NCBI RefSeq assembly: GCF_001194135.2
Contig: NC_068995.1
Location: 28,526,086 to 28,576,607 of the forward strand
Length of the DNA stretch: 50,522 bases
Reading direction: 5' to 3'
Origin: Octopus bimaculoides
Taxonomy: Eukaryota
Both the position numbers and the translations under genes were made by a program. The notes under the pieces were generated by a model, which was given only the letters and a program-made list of their open reading frames with translations, did no database searches and was not told where the DNA came from. Positions 1-12,500 of this stretch are shown one piece after another (the stretch's first letter is position 1; each line of letters starts with the position of its first letter).

Positions 1-200
1 TTTCGTGCGGGTGACATGTAAAAGCACCCACTACACTCTCTGAGTGGTTGGCGTTAGGAAGGGCATCCAGCTGTAGAAACTCTGCCAAATCAGACTGGAG
101 CCTGGTGTTGCCATCCGGTTTCACCAGTCCTCAGTCAAATCGTCCAACCCATGCTAGCATGGAAAGCGGACGTTAAACGATGATGATGATGATGATGATG
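1..200 (+). mobile_element. 3' tail of RTE LINE ending in (GAT)n
   Basis: The same tail ends the RT-bearing copies near 28330-28530 (+) and 17077-17260 (-). Confidence 0.8.
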
Positions 201-3200
201 AAATAGAAGTTGAAAATGCACTGAGAATAGTTAAAATTTTTTTATCATATTTAAAAATCTAACCAGTTTCATAGTTTACACTGATATTTCAAAAGCTGAG
301 ATAGAAAGACGTGGGTTATGTCGCAGCTGTCTTGCTTCTGACGAGTGTTTGAAGCTTGTCACATTTTTATAAAAGTACATGGCTCAAATTGGTAAATGTT
401 TTGGATAGGACTTGATTGGTAGAGCATAGTCACATGACTGGTCTTAGAAATTTTTATAGGTTCCCAGCTATGTTCATGTGTTGATGTCAAGTGACAATGT
501 TTGGTGTTAGAAGTTCAGGCTGAGATGGTTGAGTGAACATGTCTAGTGACAGTACCAAACAATCAATGAACTGAATGCTTTTGTCAAGTGTTGTAGAAAA
601 TGATCATGTAATTAAGTTTAGAACCTTTTGTACATTTTTCACTACGTCTGTGCATTAGTGTCATGTGACAATATATTTGGTGCCGAAAATTAAGGTGGAC
701 ACAGTCAAGTGAACATGTTTAGTTACAGTCAAGGCATTCTAAATTTAATCTGCCAGGTGGGAGAGTGGACAGAAGTCGTTTGTAGGTAGTCAAATATGAG
801 TACTCTACTGATAACCTAGTCCTGAAAAAAGTCAAAATCCACAAATCCCATTTGCAACCGATTAATCCAGCATCTAAGTGTGGAAATTATATTCACCAAA
901 TTTATAAAGACAATTCAAGACTACTTCGACAACAAAATAATCCAACCAAAAGAATCAAAATTTTCCCTCTGACTGGGCTGAACATTCTCCAAAACTGAGG
1001 TCATACACAACAGATAAAAAATAGCTATTTAAAAAACAATTATAGAGAGAAACAACCACAATCTAGAACAACAAATGTACATAATCAATACAAAAGACGA
1101 CAAGTTAACAGAGAAAATGTCAATGAATATATAAATAGTAATAAAAGGAAAACTTCAAAAAATCATTTTTAGATCTAGCTGACAGAGTTCTCAACACCAG
1201 ATGGTACAAGCCGAAAATGAGAAACTGAAGATAATTAACCCATCCAAAAAAAACAAAAAAACTCTCTCAGAAGAAATTAATATTTTGTCAAAAGGCCTAA
1301 AATTTACTCCAACACCCTAACTATAATGAAATACAGAATGATACTTCACAGTTCTATAGAAAATTATACCTAACAGAGGAATTGTTCAATAAAGAAAACA
1401 AAGACAAATCAATTGTAAGAAACAAGAGTGATTACAAGCCGACAAAAGGTAAGAATAAAGCTTTAGCTAAATTTTGTGTCTTTATATCCACCTTCCCTAA
1501 CAAAGAACTTCCACACCCTAAAATCAAAGCCCAATACTAGTTGAAAGGAATGGGAAATTATACATGAACTGAAAAACAATAATGACATTATAATTAAGGA
1601 AGCAGATAAGGGAAGTGCTATAGTTATTATGGATATTAAACACTACAAAAGTGATAAACTATCTCTATGACAAGATACAAACTATTACAAAAAGGTGAAC
1701 ATTTACCAAAAATCAAAGACAACGACTAAACTGAACACACTCATTCACCGACATCAAAAAGGTTTAACAAACAAAAAAATGTAACTACCTAACACATTTT
1801 GATTGCAAGACTAACTACTTCTACAGTCTCCCCAAAATCCATAAGAATCAAACTATTAAGAATGCATGTAAAGCACCAACTTCAAGTTACATAAACATAC
1901 AATATCCCACTGACCTTAAATTTCGACCAATTGTAGCAAGCTCCAACTGTGATACACACAGACTCAGCAACGTTTTAGATATATTATTGAAACCTCCTTT
2001 AAAATACATACCAAGTACAGTAAGGGATGATCTAGACCTGTTAAATCACCACCCAAAAATCATAAACAAAGATACCACTATTGTATCTTTTGATGTGGTA
2101 AACTTCTCTACTACAATCCTGCATCAATATAGACTAGAGGCAATAGATTTCTGGCTTGAGAAATGCCCTCATGAAATTACAGACAGAACTGAAAAACGCT
2201 TCATCACTGAGGGATTAAAATTCATCCTCAAAGACAACTTTTTTTTATTTTGATGGCAATATTTACAAATATCCGGGACTGCGATGGGGACAAAAGTTGC
2301 TCCGACTTACACCAATCTAACCTTGGCATACATGGCGGTCTAGATACATGAACAATCTAGATTAAAATATGGCTTGGAAACGTTACTTAGATAACTGCCT
2401 GATTCTGTGGACGCACACATTTGAACAGCTTATGGATTTCAAAAACCTAATCTACAGCCTAAACAATAGTATCAATTTCACCATGGAATACAGTAAAACT
2501 CAACTACCATTCCTTGACATACTAATCATCAAAACAGATAAAAACATTGAAACAGACATTCACTACAAACAAACAAATTCTAAACAACACCTACTGTTCT
2601 CATGCCATCCCAAACACACGAAGAATAATATTCCATTTTATCTAGCAACATAAATCTGCACAACTGTTTCAAACTTTGAAACTCATAATAAAAGACTCCA
2701 GAAATTAGAACAAATACTACTTAAAAAGTAATATTCATTAATGTTGATAGACAATGGAATAGAAAGTGCCAGATATTCAAGAACTATGAAAAACAAAAAA
2801 TGCTCCAGATAGATCCAATACTCTACCTTTTATTACAACACAACCCAAGAAACATAAAAGTTTACAACATTATCCACCAGAACAGTCCACAAATGAAACA
2901 AGCATTCAAAATACACAAAATAATCAAAAGCAAAAGACAATCAAAGTCCCTCAAAAAATTCTTCACCAGTGCAAAATTACCTTCCACAGTTCCCACACCG
3001 ACAGTCAAAAAGGGTGGCCACCCCAACTGTAGGACTTACATCAACCTTATTGAAGACACAACATATAAATTCAAATTAGGACAGATTTTTACTATAAAAA
3101 ATCATTCATACAAAAATACAAACCAAGACTTAACTAACTTAAACAGAGTACATACACAAATAATTATTCACACACAAAATTTATTCTACCACTTAACATG

Positions 3201-3776
3201 AGGAATCTATACAGCTAACAACCTAACAAACTACATACAAACGACTCCTATCCACTCTTGAATATGTTCACTCAACTGTATCCACCTTAATTTTCAGTGC
3301 AATGTATACTGTCATGTGACACTAATGCACAGATGTAGTGAGAAACACATAAAAGGTTCTAAACTTAATCATATGATCATTCTCTGTAACACTTGACAGA
3401 AAATATTCAGTGCATTGCTTGTTTGATACTGTCACTAGACATGTTCACTCAACCATATCAGCCTCAACTTATGACACTAAACATTGTCACTTAATGTTAA
3501 CACACAGACATAGTGGGGAACCTACAAACATTTCTAAGACCAGTCACGTGATTATCCTCTACCAATCAAGTCCTATCCAAAACATATACTAATTTGAGCC
3601 ATGTACTCCCTATAAAAATGTGACAAGCTTCAAACACTAGTCAAAAGCAAGACAGTTGCAGTATAACCTACATCTTTCTGATTCAACTTCTGAAAAGACT
3701 GTGAAACCAGTTGAATCTTGAAATATAATAACAAAAATTTAAATATTCTCAGGACATTTTCAACTTCTACTTTTTC
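201..3776 (+). mobile_element. Decayed Penelope-like element (RT) flanked by ~475-bp inverted repeats
   Basis: Fragments LSKGLKFTPTP, IKEADKGSAIVIMD, FYSLPKIHK, FRPIVAS, SFDVVN, GTAMGTKVAPTY, WKRYLDN, LPFLDILI and a Cys linker HPNCRTY. 201-675 is the reverse complement of about 3305-3776. The GIY-YIG domain is not recognisable. Confidence 0.88.
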
Positions 3777-4139
3777 TAAATGTCTTCCTGTGTGGAATGC
3801 AATAACTTTGTTTTATATATATATATATATATAGATATATATGATCATTATTATTTTGCTATTGCTGTTCTGTTTCATATGATGGTTACCAAAAGGGTTC
3901 TTTTGGCACCCTTCTACTAATTCAGGAATCTGTCATGGTCTAGGAACCATGAATGTTTTAATTCCTGCTTCATCTACTTATATATTATAATCCATGGCAT
4001 ATAAAATGTTGAAATAAATGACTTGAAATGGATATAAAAATGAAGTCATTTAATTTAAGGCATGGAAACTTAATTTAGTTAAATCTACATTACAACTTCA
4101 TTTCCAAATGTTTTTTTTCGAAATAAATGTATTCGTTGT

Positions 4140-5790
4140 TGTCAACCTCCACTTTCTATGCTGGCATTGGTTGGACAATTTGACTAAGGACTGCCAAGCC
4201 GGGAGGCTGCACCAGGCAGCACTGGCATCAACCACACTTGAATGGTGCTTTTTACGTGCTACCAGCATGGGTGTCAGTTAGGTGTCACTGGCATTGGCCA
4301 TGCTTGAATGGTGTTTTTTACATGCCACTATCACAGGTGCCAGTGAGGCAGTACTGGCATTAGCCACACTTGAATGGTGCTTCTTATGTGCCACCGGCAC
4401 AGGTGCCAGTCAGGCAGCATTGGCCACAACTACAATTTCAATTGGTTCAACAGGTCTTCACAAGCACAACATATTGCCAAATGATTGGAGAGTGCTTTTA
4501 AATGGGCCAGTTATGAGACACTGGCATCAGCCATGGCTATGATCTCACTTGGCTTGCTGGTCTTCTCAAGTACAGCATATCTCCAAAGTTCTCAGTTTTT
4601 GTCATTGCCTTTGTGAGGCCCAATGTTTGACGGTCATGGTTCACCACCTCATCTCAGGTCTTCCTGGGTCTACCTCTTCCACAGGTTCCCTCCACTATTA
4701 GGGTGCAACACTTCTTCACACAGCTGTCCTCATCCATACGCAACACATGACCATACCAGTGCAGTCATCTCTCTTGCACACCATATCTGATGCTTCTTAT
4801 GTCCAACTTTTCTCTCAGGGTGCTTACACTCTGTCATGTAGGCACACTGGCATTACACATCCAGTGGAGCATACTAGCTTCATTTCTTTCAAGCCTACAC
4901 ATGTCCTCAGCAGTCACAGCCCATGTTTCACTGCCGTGTAGCATGGCAGTTTGCACACATACATCATACAGTCTACCTTTCATCCTAAGTGAGAGGCCCT
5001 TAGTTCCCAGCAGAGGGAGGAGCTCCCTGAACTTTGCCCAGGCTATTCTTATTCTACACTCTCAGAGCAACCACCCCCACTACAGACTTGGTCGCCAAGG
5101 TAGCAGAAGCTATTAACTACTTCTAGTTTCTCTCCTTGGCATGTGATGGATTCTGTTTTCTGTACATCTTCGATGCTTTTTGCCCCTGTGAATCTGCCAC
5201 AGAAAAACTATCATCCCAGTTAACCTTCCTTTGATATTGCTGCACCTCTTACACAGAGTACATTTTATGGAGTTTCTACCGACGCCTTTTCTACAGATCG
5301 AGCAGGGCCATCTACCTGAAGGGATTTGTGATTAGTCTGCCTTCCTACTTACTAAAACTTACCAGAAATATAGCATCAGTGGTGCTTTTCCCTGGCACAA
5401 ATCCAAACTGCATCTCATCTAAACTAATTCTCTCGCTAATTAGTTGGGCTATGACCCTCTCTGTGACTTTCCTCACCTGATCCAACAATTTCATATCTCT
5501 GTAATTATTTCTATCTAATGCATCACCTTTACCTTTGTAGCAGCTGACTATGGTGCTGCTACACCAGTCATTGGGTATGACTCCTTCATGTATCACCTGG
5601 TTAACTTTCCAGGTGACTAGACTATAGCCTACACTGCTTGATATTTTAAGTATCTTAGCAGCGATTCCTGATGGGGGTTTTGCCTGTCTTCACAATCTTA
5701 ATTGCTTTATAAACCAAAGTACTGTCAATTTGAACAGCTGGTCTCTCTGTTGGGCCAACATTTGGCAGACTCATTCATTTTCTTCATTTA
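4140..5790 (-). mobile_element. Decayed RTE LINE with internal deletions
   Basis: ORF 5345-5596 (IPNDWCSSTIVSCYKGKGDALDRNNYR, MQFGFVPGKSTTDAIF) and the same 3'UTR as the 17 kb copy. Confidence 0.85.
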
Positions 5791-7288
5791 GCAACCTTTC
5801 ATACCCAGATCAACAACAGGAGATTCCAGAGCACTACCCTGCCAAATCTATTTAGTTATCAACAAAGTTATCAATTATTCATTATTAATTTTTCTATCAA
5901 TGATGAATATTTTTAATAAATGATTCTATAAAATTATTATTGCTTATGTATGATAAACTTCAGAAACACATGTCTATGGTTGCAACGACCACCTGACTCT
6001 AAACCATCCACCTTTCATGGCAATCTTGACCACCATTCATAACAATCTCAGAACACATACACAGAGAAACAGCTACAACATCAATAACATCACTAATTCA
6101 AAAACTGTTGGGATGCACCCCATTGACAATAAAGGGGAGTGGTAACTGCCATGCACTGGGTGAGTCCACATATCCTATCTCTGTTGTGGTCACCACAAGA
6201 ATCTGGAAGCATAGGGAAATAGACTGAGCAATAGAAATGGTGCAAGAGGCCAACAGTGTCACACTGCACTCCTCACAATTCCTAACTAAGCCATATAACA
6301 AAGTATAACTGGAAAGATAAATCTGTAGGTTATGTGTCAAATGTTAGGCTGACTACATGTGCCAAAGAACTGCTCAATCAAGGAAGACCTTAGGTTACAC
6401 AACAACCTTCACAACTTCTCATGATAATGAATAAGGAAGCCTCTATGTAGTTTCTCAATTTGTTGGAAACGGTAGCCAAAGTTTCTTTGAATTATACTCT
6501 TCCATCTTAAGTAAGGAAAGAACACATTTGATAATGTAGTTCTACATACCCTTTGGAAGTCAGGAAAATTATGGTTGGAATACCTTTCATTATGGATCTG
6601 TTCAATCAGGATTCACCTGGAGCAACAACAACAATAAGCAATAATGATTTCTAACTTTGATTGACAGACTGAAATTTTGTTTGCATTGGCAGTTAATTTA
6701 ATTGAATCATGATTTTACTGCTACTTATTTTACCTGGAAAACAAAAGATAAAGTTGATAGTGGTGAGATTTGAGCTCAAAACATAAATAGACATAACTAA
6801 ATATCATTTGTCTTTTTCTTCACTGCTTTACTTATTCTGCCATTTCACCGACACAAAGCCTCAAATTTGGAGAATATATAGTGTATATAGTGCATTATAA
6901 TATATAGTGACACGTAAAAGCACCTAGTTCACTCAGTAAAGTGGTTGGCATTAGGAAGGGCATCCAGCCATAGAAACCTTGTCAAAATAGATGACCGGTG
7001 CCTGGTGCAGCCCTCTAGTTTGCCAACTCCTGATGAACAGTCCAACTCAAGCCAGCATAGAGAATAAACATTAAATGATGAATGATGATGATAATACAGT
7101 ATATGTTGGTTCATATTTATTTTGTTTTTCTTTTTTATTGCAGAAAGATGAAGTGCAAAGTCAACTTCAGGATTGGAAATCAGAACATAAATGGATATAA
7201 TTAAACACCACCACCCATTTTGTCCAGTTGATTACCAATTCCACCATTGTGTCAGTAAATCAACAAAAATACTAATGTTGATTTCTTT

Positions 7289-7321
<33 letters not shown>

Positions 7322-7325
<4 letters not shown>

Positions 7326-7925
7326 AAATATGGTAAGTGAATGTAGCACGCTGGCACAAAAAGAATACAAGGAAAGACATGACAATCTAGGGAGAGCAAT
7401 CCACTGGGAGCTTTGTAGAAAGCTGAGATTTGAACATACTGATAAATGGTATGAACATGAACCTAGTAAAGTACTAGAAAGTAAGAAATACAAGATGTCG
7501 TGGGACTTTAACATTCAGACTGACAGAGTAATAGAAGCTAGAATGCCTGATTTGGCAGTAGTAGATAAAGAGAATAGACTGTGCCAGATAATTGACTCTA
7601 CAGTCCCAAATGATAAAAATCTTAATATGAGAAGTATAGAAAAAGTAAAGTACCAGGACCTAGCTATTGAATTATAGAGACTATGGAAATGCAGGTAAAA
7701 TGTATCCCGGTAGTTACAGGTGCATTAGGGACTATCCCTAAAGATCTGAACAGATGGATAGAGGAAATATGCATAAAACCCAGTTTAGTACAGCTGTAGA
7801 AAACAGTGTTATTAGGGAGAGCTAGGATACTTAGGAGGGTTCTTGGCATCTAAGGCTACTTGTTGTAGCCCGATGTTAGGATTCTTTTCTTTTCCAACAG
7901 TCTAATCTGTTGAGTGTGTATGAAT
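7322..7925 (+). mobile_element. 5'-truncated R4/Dong-clade LINE (restriction-like endonuclease end)
   Basis: ECxxLAQKEYKERHDNL, WDFNIQTDRVIEARMPDLAVVDK, EKVKYQDLAIEL; (AAT)n on both sides. Confidence 0.82.
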
Positions 7926-7939
7926 AATTATGATAATAA

Positions 7940-8375
7940 TAATCCTTTCTACTATAAGCACATGACCTGAAATTTTGGAGGAGTCACTAACATTAACTCC
8001 AATACTCAACCAGTACCTATTTTATTGACCTTGAAAGGATGGAAAGCAAAGTTGACCTTGGCGGACTTAGAACTCAGAATGTGAAGGTGGACAGAATGTC
8101 ACCAGGCATTTTTTTACTGGCACAGTAATAATTCTGCCAGCTCACTGCCTTAATAAACATGGAAATAACAACAATGATTTAAAATTTTGGCACAAGTCCA
8201 GCAAGTTTGGGAGAGGAGATAAGTCAGCCCCAGTGCCAAACTGGTACTTATTTCATTGAAAGGATGACAGACAAAGTCAACCTTGGAGGAATCTGAACTC
8301 AGAACGTAAAGACAGACAAAATACTACTAAGCATTTTGCCCAGCATGCTAGCAATTCTGCCAGCTCACTGCATTA
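7940..8375 (-). mobile_element. Two tandem copies of an abundant SINE
   Basis: Reverse-complement matches to 43888-44115. Partial copies near 6640-6850, 9790-9905, 10440-10560 and 11420-11640. Confidence 0.7.
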
Positions 8376-8387
8376 TTATTAATAATG

Positions 8388-8418
<31 letters not shown>

Positions 8419-8420
8419 TA

Positions 8421-8970
8421 GTGTCTCACATGACTTCTGATCTAAACTAATTGGAATTGTTATAATGTACATGTTTTGTCTTGATATTAAAAGATGAGTT
8501 ACAGTAAATATTCTGCTCAATACCACAGATTTGTTTGACCTTAACCAGTTGAGCTTGTCTCTTAGTGGCTGACGATATGTATATCTCTGATCATGAACAG
8601 AAATAGTGGGAGAGCATCATAGCCATGTACTGAAAGGAATTCTTTGGGGTTTGAATAATTCACTTCTGGAAAGATGGGTGTTTCATTTATCATCCTTAAA
8701 CAACCCTTATTCAGGGTCCTTTTGAGTGGAATGGGCTACTTGATCTGAGGAAAATTCTAACTGGGCCCCACCTGCAATGTCATGCACTGTTTATCTTGAT
8801 ATGAGATCACCATGTGAATGTGATGCATATGGTTGTAATGCACGGTTGTGATGTAAGTGCCAGGTGTACCCTTATCAGATGGGTAGTCATGATGGGTATA
8901 TTGGACTTCATATATTTGTACTCCAGTGTCACTTTGATGGCATGCGCTGCTCTCTCAATAATAATAATAA
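8421..8970 (+). repeat. ~550-bp interspersed repeat with (AAT)n tail, copy 1
   Basis: Colinear with 46865-47400. Confidence 0.8.
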
Positions 8971-9417
8971 TGATAGACAATATGAAGAGTGCGATGTGAT
9001 TGCAATAAATGTTTTATTGGTTGAACGATATTTTGACAGCTAGTCTATCTTTGTCAAGTTCAAAATGAAACATGATACATAGAAATTCAAATCCAAAATT
9101 TGAATGAGGCAACCAGTGTTCCCATGCTGATGGAATGACATCATCAGTCTTCAATTTTCAAGTCTACAGCTGGCAAAAAGAAAAAGAAAGAGAAAAAAAG
9201 AAAAGAAAAAAGAACAGAAAAAAGAATATTTAATCAAACAGTTTTGTGTAATATCATGAAATTCTCATCATTTTATTCATCCACTCACAAACATATTTCT
9301 CCTCATGCATTTTCAGGAGTGAACATGTAGCAGGTTCAGAATATTTTCTGAGAATATGCACTTTCAAGTTTTTATCAAAACTGCAGCCATTTGATGTGAA
9401 ATGTTTGGCAAGTTCTG

Positions 9418-9708
9418 TCAAATTACTGTTATTGTGCTTGATGTCATATCTGTGCCCATAGAATCATTATTAGCTAGACGTTGGAGCGTGTGATGTTGGG
9501 AATTTGTGAGATTATTCCAGGACTTCTTTCCACTTGTTTTAAGGCTTTCCCTAATGCCTGTCTGATAAAATTCAAGAAATTCCAGTAGTGCTTGTGAACG
9601 TCCATCCTGAACTTTATTTGGATACCAATTGGGATTCTTTTCAATCCAGCTATGCCAGATTTGATCAACATCATTTTTATTTTCAGTAAGCATAGGGTTT
9701 TCTGACAC
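9418..9708 (-). mobile_element. Penelope-like N-terminal fragment
   Basis: NLTNSQHHTLQRLANNDS resembles the segment that precedes the ADKG motif of PLE RTs. Confidence 0.45.
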
Positions 9709-9904
9709 CTTGTTATCATTTTTTCCAAAAGAATATTCCTTTTAAAATATAATAATATAATAACATAACAATAATAATAATAATAATAATCCTTTCTACT
9801 AAAGCACAAGGCCTGAAATTCTGGGGAAGAGGGCAAGTCAATTACATTGATCCCAGTGCTCAAGATGAAAGGCAAAGTCAACATCAGTGGAATTTGAACT
9901 CAGA

Positions 9905-9910
9905 ACATAA

Positions 9911-9993
<83 letters not shown>
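9905..9993 (+). repeat. (AAT)n microsatellite
   Basis: Seen directly. Other tracts: (TTA)n 43021-43078, (CA)n 44570-44647, (CCA)/(CCG)n 44998-45040, (CTT)/(CTC)n 49029-49176, (GA)n 49575-49618. Confidence 0.98.
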
Positions 9994-9995
<2 letters not shown>

Positions 9996-10129
9996 GTTTC
10001 TAATCTATGCACAAGGACAGTAATTTTGATGCAGGGAATTGTAGCCAATACTACTGATCCCAGTACACAGCACAAAAATGAACAGTTTTGTCAGGTAGCA
10101 ACTCAACAAATATGCTGGTAGACAGAAAG

Positions 10130-10430
10130 TGCTCCTTGTGCAGGTAAAAAGATGAAATGTTGCCTGGTATGGTTATATATCCTACTACAACTCCCTGTCC
10201 AAAACCATTCTTCAGGGCACAACTGAAGCGGGGATGAAAGAGAGGCAGACAGAAAATCCTGGTTTGACAACATCAAAGACTGAACAGGTCACAACACAGC
10301 AAACAGCTATACATGACAGAGAATAGAGACTAGTGGTAATGACTGACTACAAAACCACCTAGAGCACACCTACCACCCTCCCAACGATTGGTTGCATCAG
10401 TTAAGGGATCTTGATGATGATGATGATGAC
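10130..10430 (+). mobile_element. RTE-like LINE 3' fragment
   Basis: LSKTILQGTTE..GRQ.KSWFDNIK-like end with a (GAT)n tail. Confidence 0.55.
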
Positions 10431-10649
10431 TGGACTGAAACATTGTTTCATTGACCTGGTGAGATGAATGGGAAAGTGGTGCTTGTTAGGATTTGAACTC
10501 AGAATGTAAAGAGCTAGAAGACATACTGTAAGGTATTTGATGTTTTAATGATGCTGCCAATCCACCTCCCTGTTAAATAATGATTTCTAATTTAAACACT
10601 AGACCAGACATTTTGAGAGAAGGGGAATTATTGATACCATTGATGTCAG

Positions 10650-11280
10650 CTCAGAAAGGATATAAGTGATGTTGGAAGTTTTGCCTCAATTTACACTGCC
10701 CACTGTGTAAAAAATATGGATACAACACTTCAGATGAGAGGTAAAATCATAGACCAATGTTCCAAAAGAATATGGTAAATCAAAAATTCAATGGGATTTT
10801 GACATCCAGATTTACAGAACAACTGGACACTATAGAGCAGATACCATAGATGACATAGAAGAAAGGGAATAGGTCATTGTCATAAACCAGTTCACAGAAG
10901 GCTTTTATTCAAACTTTATTTCTGCTTGCCGTCTAATCTGTTAATCAAGGTTGTCCAACAATTAAGATGTACTGTTTTATATTAAATAAAGACAGTATCC
11001 ATCTATCAATGTCATTTGACACTATGCTGCATTTTCGCACTCAGTACAAAATAAGATATCTATATTTTTATCTATTATTTACTATTGTAGAAAGGAACTA
11101 ATCATAGGATATTATAATTCATAACAGTCATAAAAGATGTTGCAATACTTTCAAACAAAAACAGTGCAAACAAGGAAGTAGAAAAGATCTCAAAATATAA
11201 CTTAAAATTAAAAAAATCAAGAATGTGGGGAAGCCCAGCAGCTAAAGTGGGTGTTGTACCAGTTATCATTTTGAACATTA
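10650..11280 (+). mobile_element. Two R4/Dong-like endonuclease fragments
   Basis: WDFDIQ near 10790; KDVAILSNKNSANKEVEKISKY..RMWG at 11120-11240. Confidence 0.45.
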
Positions 11281-11849
11281 GGGTCAACCCTTAAAAACTA
11301 TCATTCCACCTGGAATTGTTGGACAACAAGACAGATATGTAAGTGCTCCAGAAATAAAGAAGAAAAAAACCCAACAAAAACTAGCATTTTACATCCATAC
11401 TGTGTAATGAAATAATAATTTATTTCTGATTTAAGCAAAAAGATGGCAATTTTGAGGGAAAGGGTGTAGTATATGAACCCCAGTACTTGGCTGGTACTTT
11501 GTTTTATAGAACCCAGGGAAGAATGGTAAAGTTGATCTGAGTGGGTTTTGAACATAAAACATAAAGAACTGGAGTTATTCTAGTTCTTTATGCTGCAAAG
11601 TATTTTTTCCTGATACCCAAAAATTCTGCCATCTTACTGCTGTAATAATGGTTTCTGATTTAGACACATGGCCTGCAATTTTTTTTTGGTTGTGGGTAGT
11701 CAATACTATCAGCCTCAGTATTTGATTGAGGATGAGAAAATTCACCTTGGTGGAAGTTGAATTCAGGATGCAAAAGGCCAGAAGAAAAACTGCATGGAAC
11801 TTTGTTCAATAAATATATAAAATCCCTAATAGTAGAGCTGTCTACCTTG

Positions 11850-12500
11850 GGTAATTTTGGGGAAAAGCCTATGTAAAAAGTCCTGGATTACCGGGCTGTC
11901 TCCAAGAATCAGAAGTACTCCCTTCCAGTTTCTTTCCTCTTACTTAGAAAAACATACTTAAAGTAGGTTCATTCAACCTCACCAATCTTGTCACTCACAT
12001 ATACCTTTTGATAAGCAAACTAGAAAGCAACACCACCCTCTCTACTCTAACCTTCCTCTTCAAATGATACTTGAAGAAATTGTTGTGGGCTTGGCCAAAG
12101 AGGAACGTTCCTGGTCCACCACACAGCCTCTTTCACCAGAGCTACTAAGCAGAGAAAGAACTACCTCCTTTGTTTGCCAAAGAAGTGGGTGCATTGATTA
12201 TCACTATACACTCAGCTAATAGCCAGATTTGTCTTATATGAAACAGTATCTGACCAACACAAGTCCACAGCTTACTAATGCACAGACACAGAATAATTGC
12301 TTGAATGATGGTTTCATCCCCTGTATGCATAGAGAGATTTGGTTGTTGACATTTTCATGCCTGAAGAGCTTTTCTCAAACAGATAAAATCCCCTGTAGCA
12401 CTACCATGTCAAGGACTTTTGGAAGTTATCTATAGTCTCCAGCCTGAATATACTCCAGAAAAGAGCACTCAAACTGTTCTCATTAATGCCCAAAGTCACC
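11850..12500 (+). mobile_element. Highly decayed Gypsy integrase relic
   Basis: Frameshifted fragments WAWPKRNVP, LIARFVLYETVSD, PQLTNAQTQNNC resemble the integrase core WPK..PW / FARFGLPETIVSDNG.QF. Confidence 0.45.
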
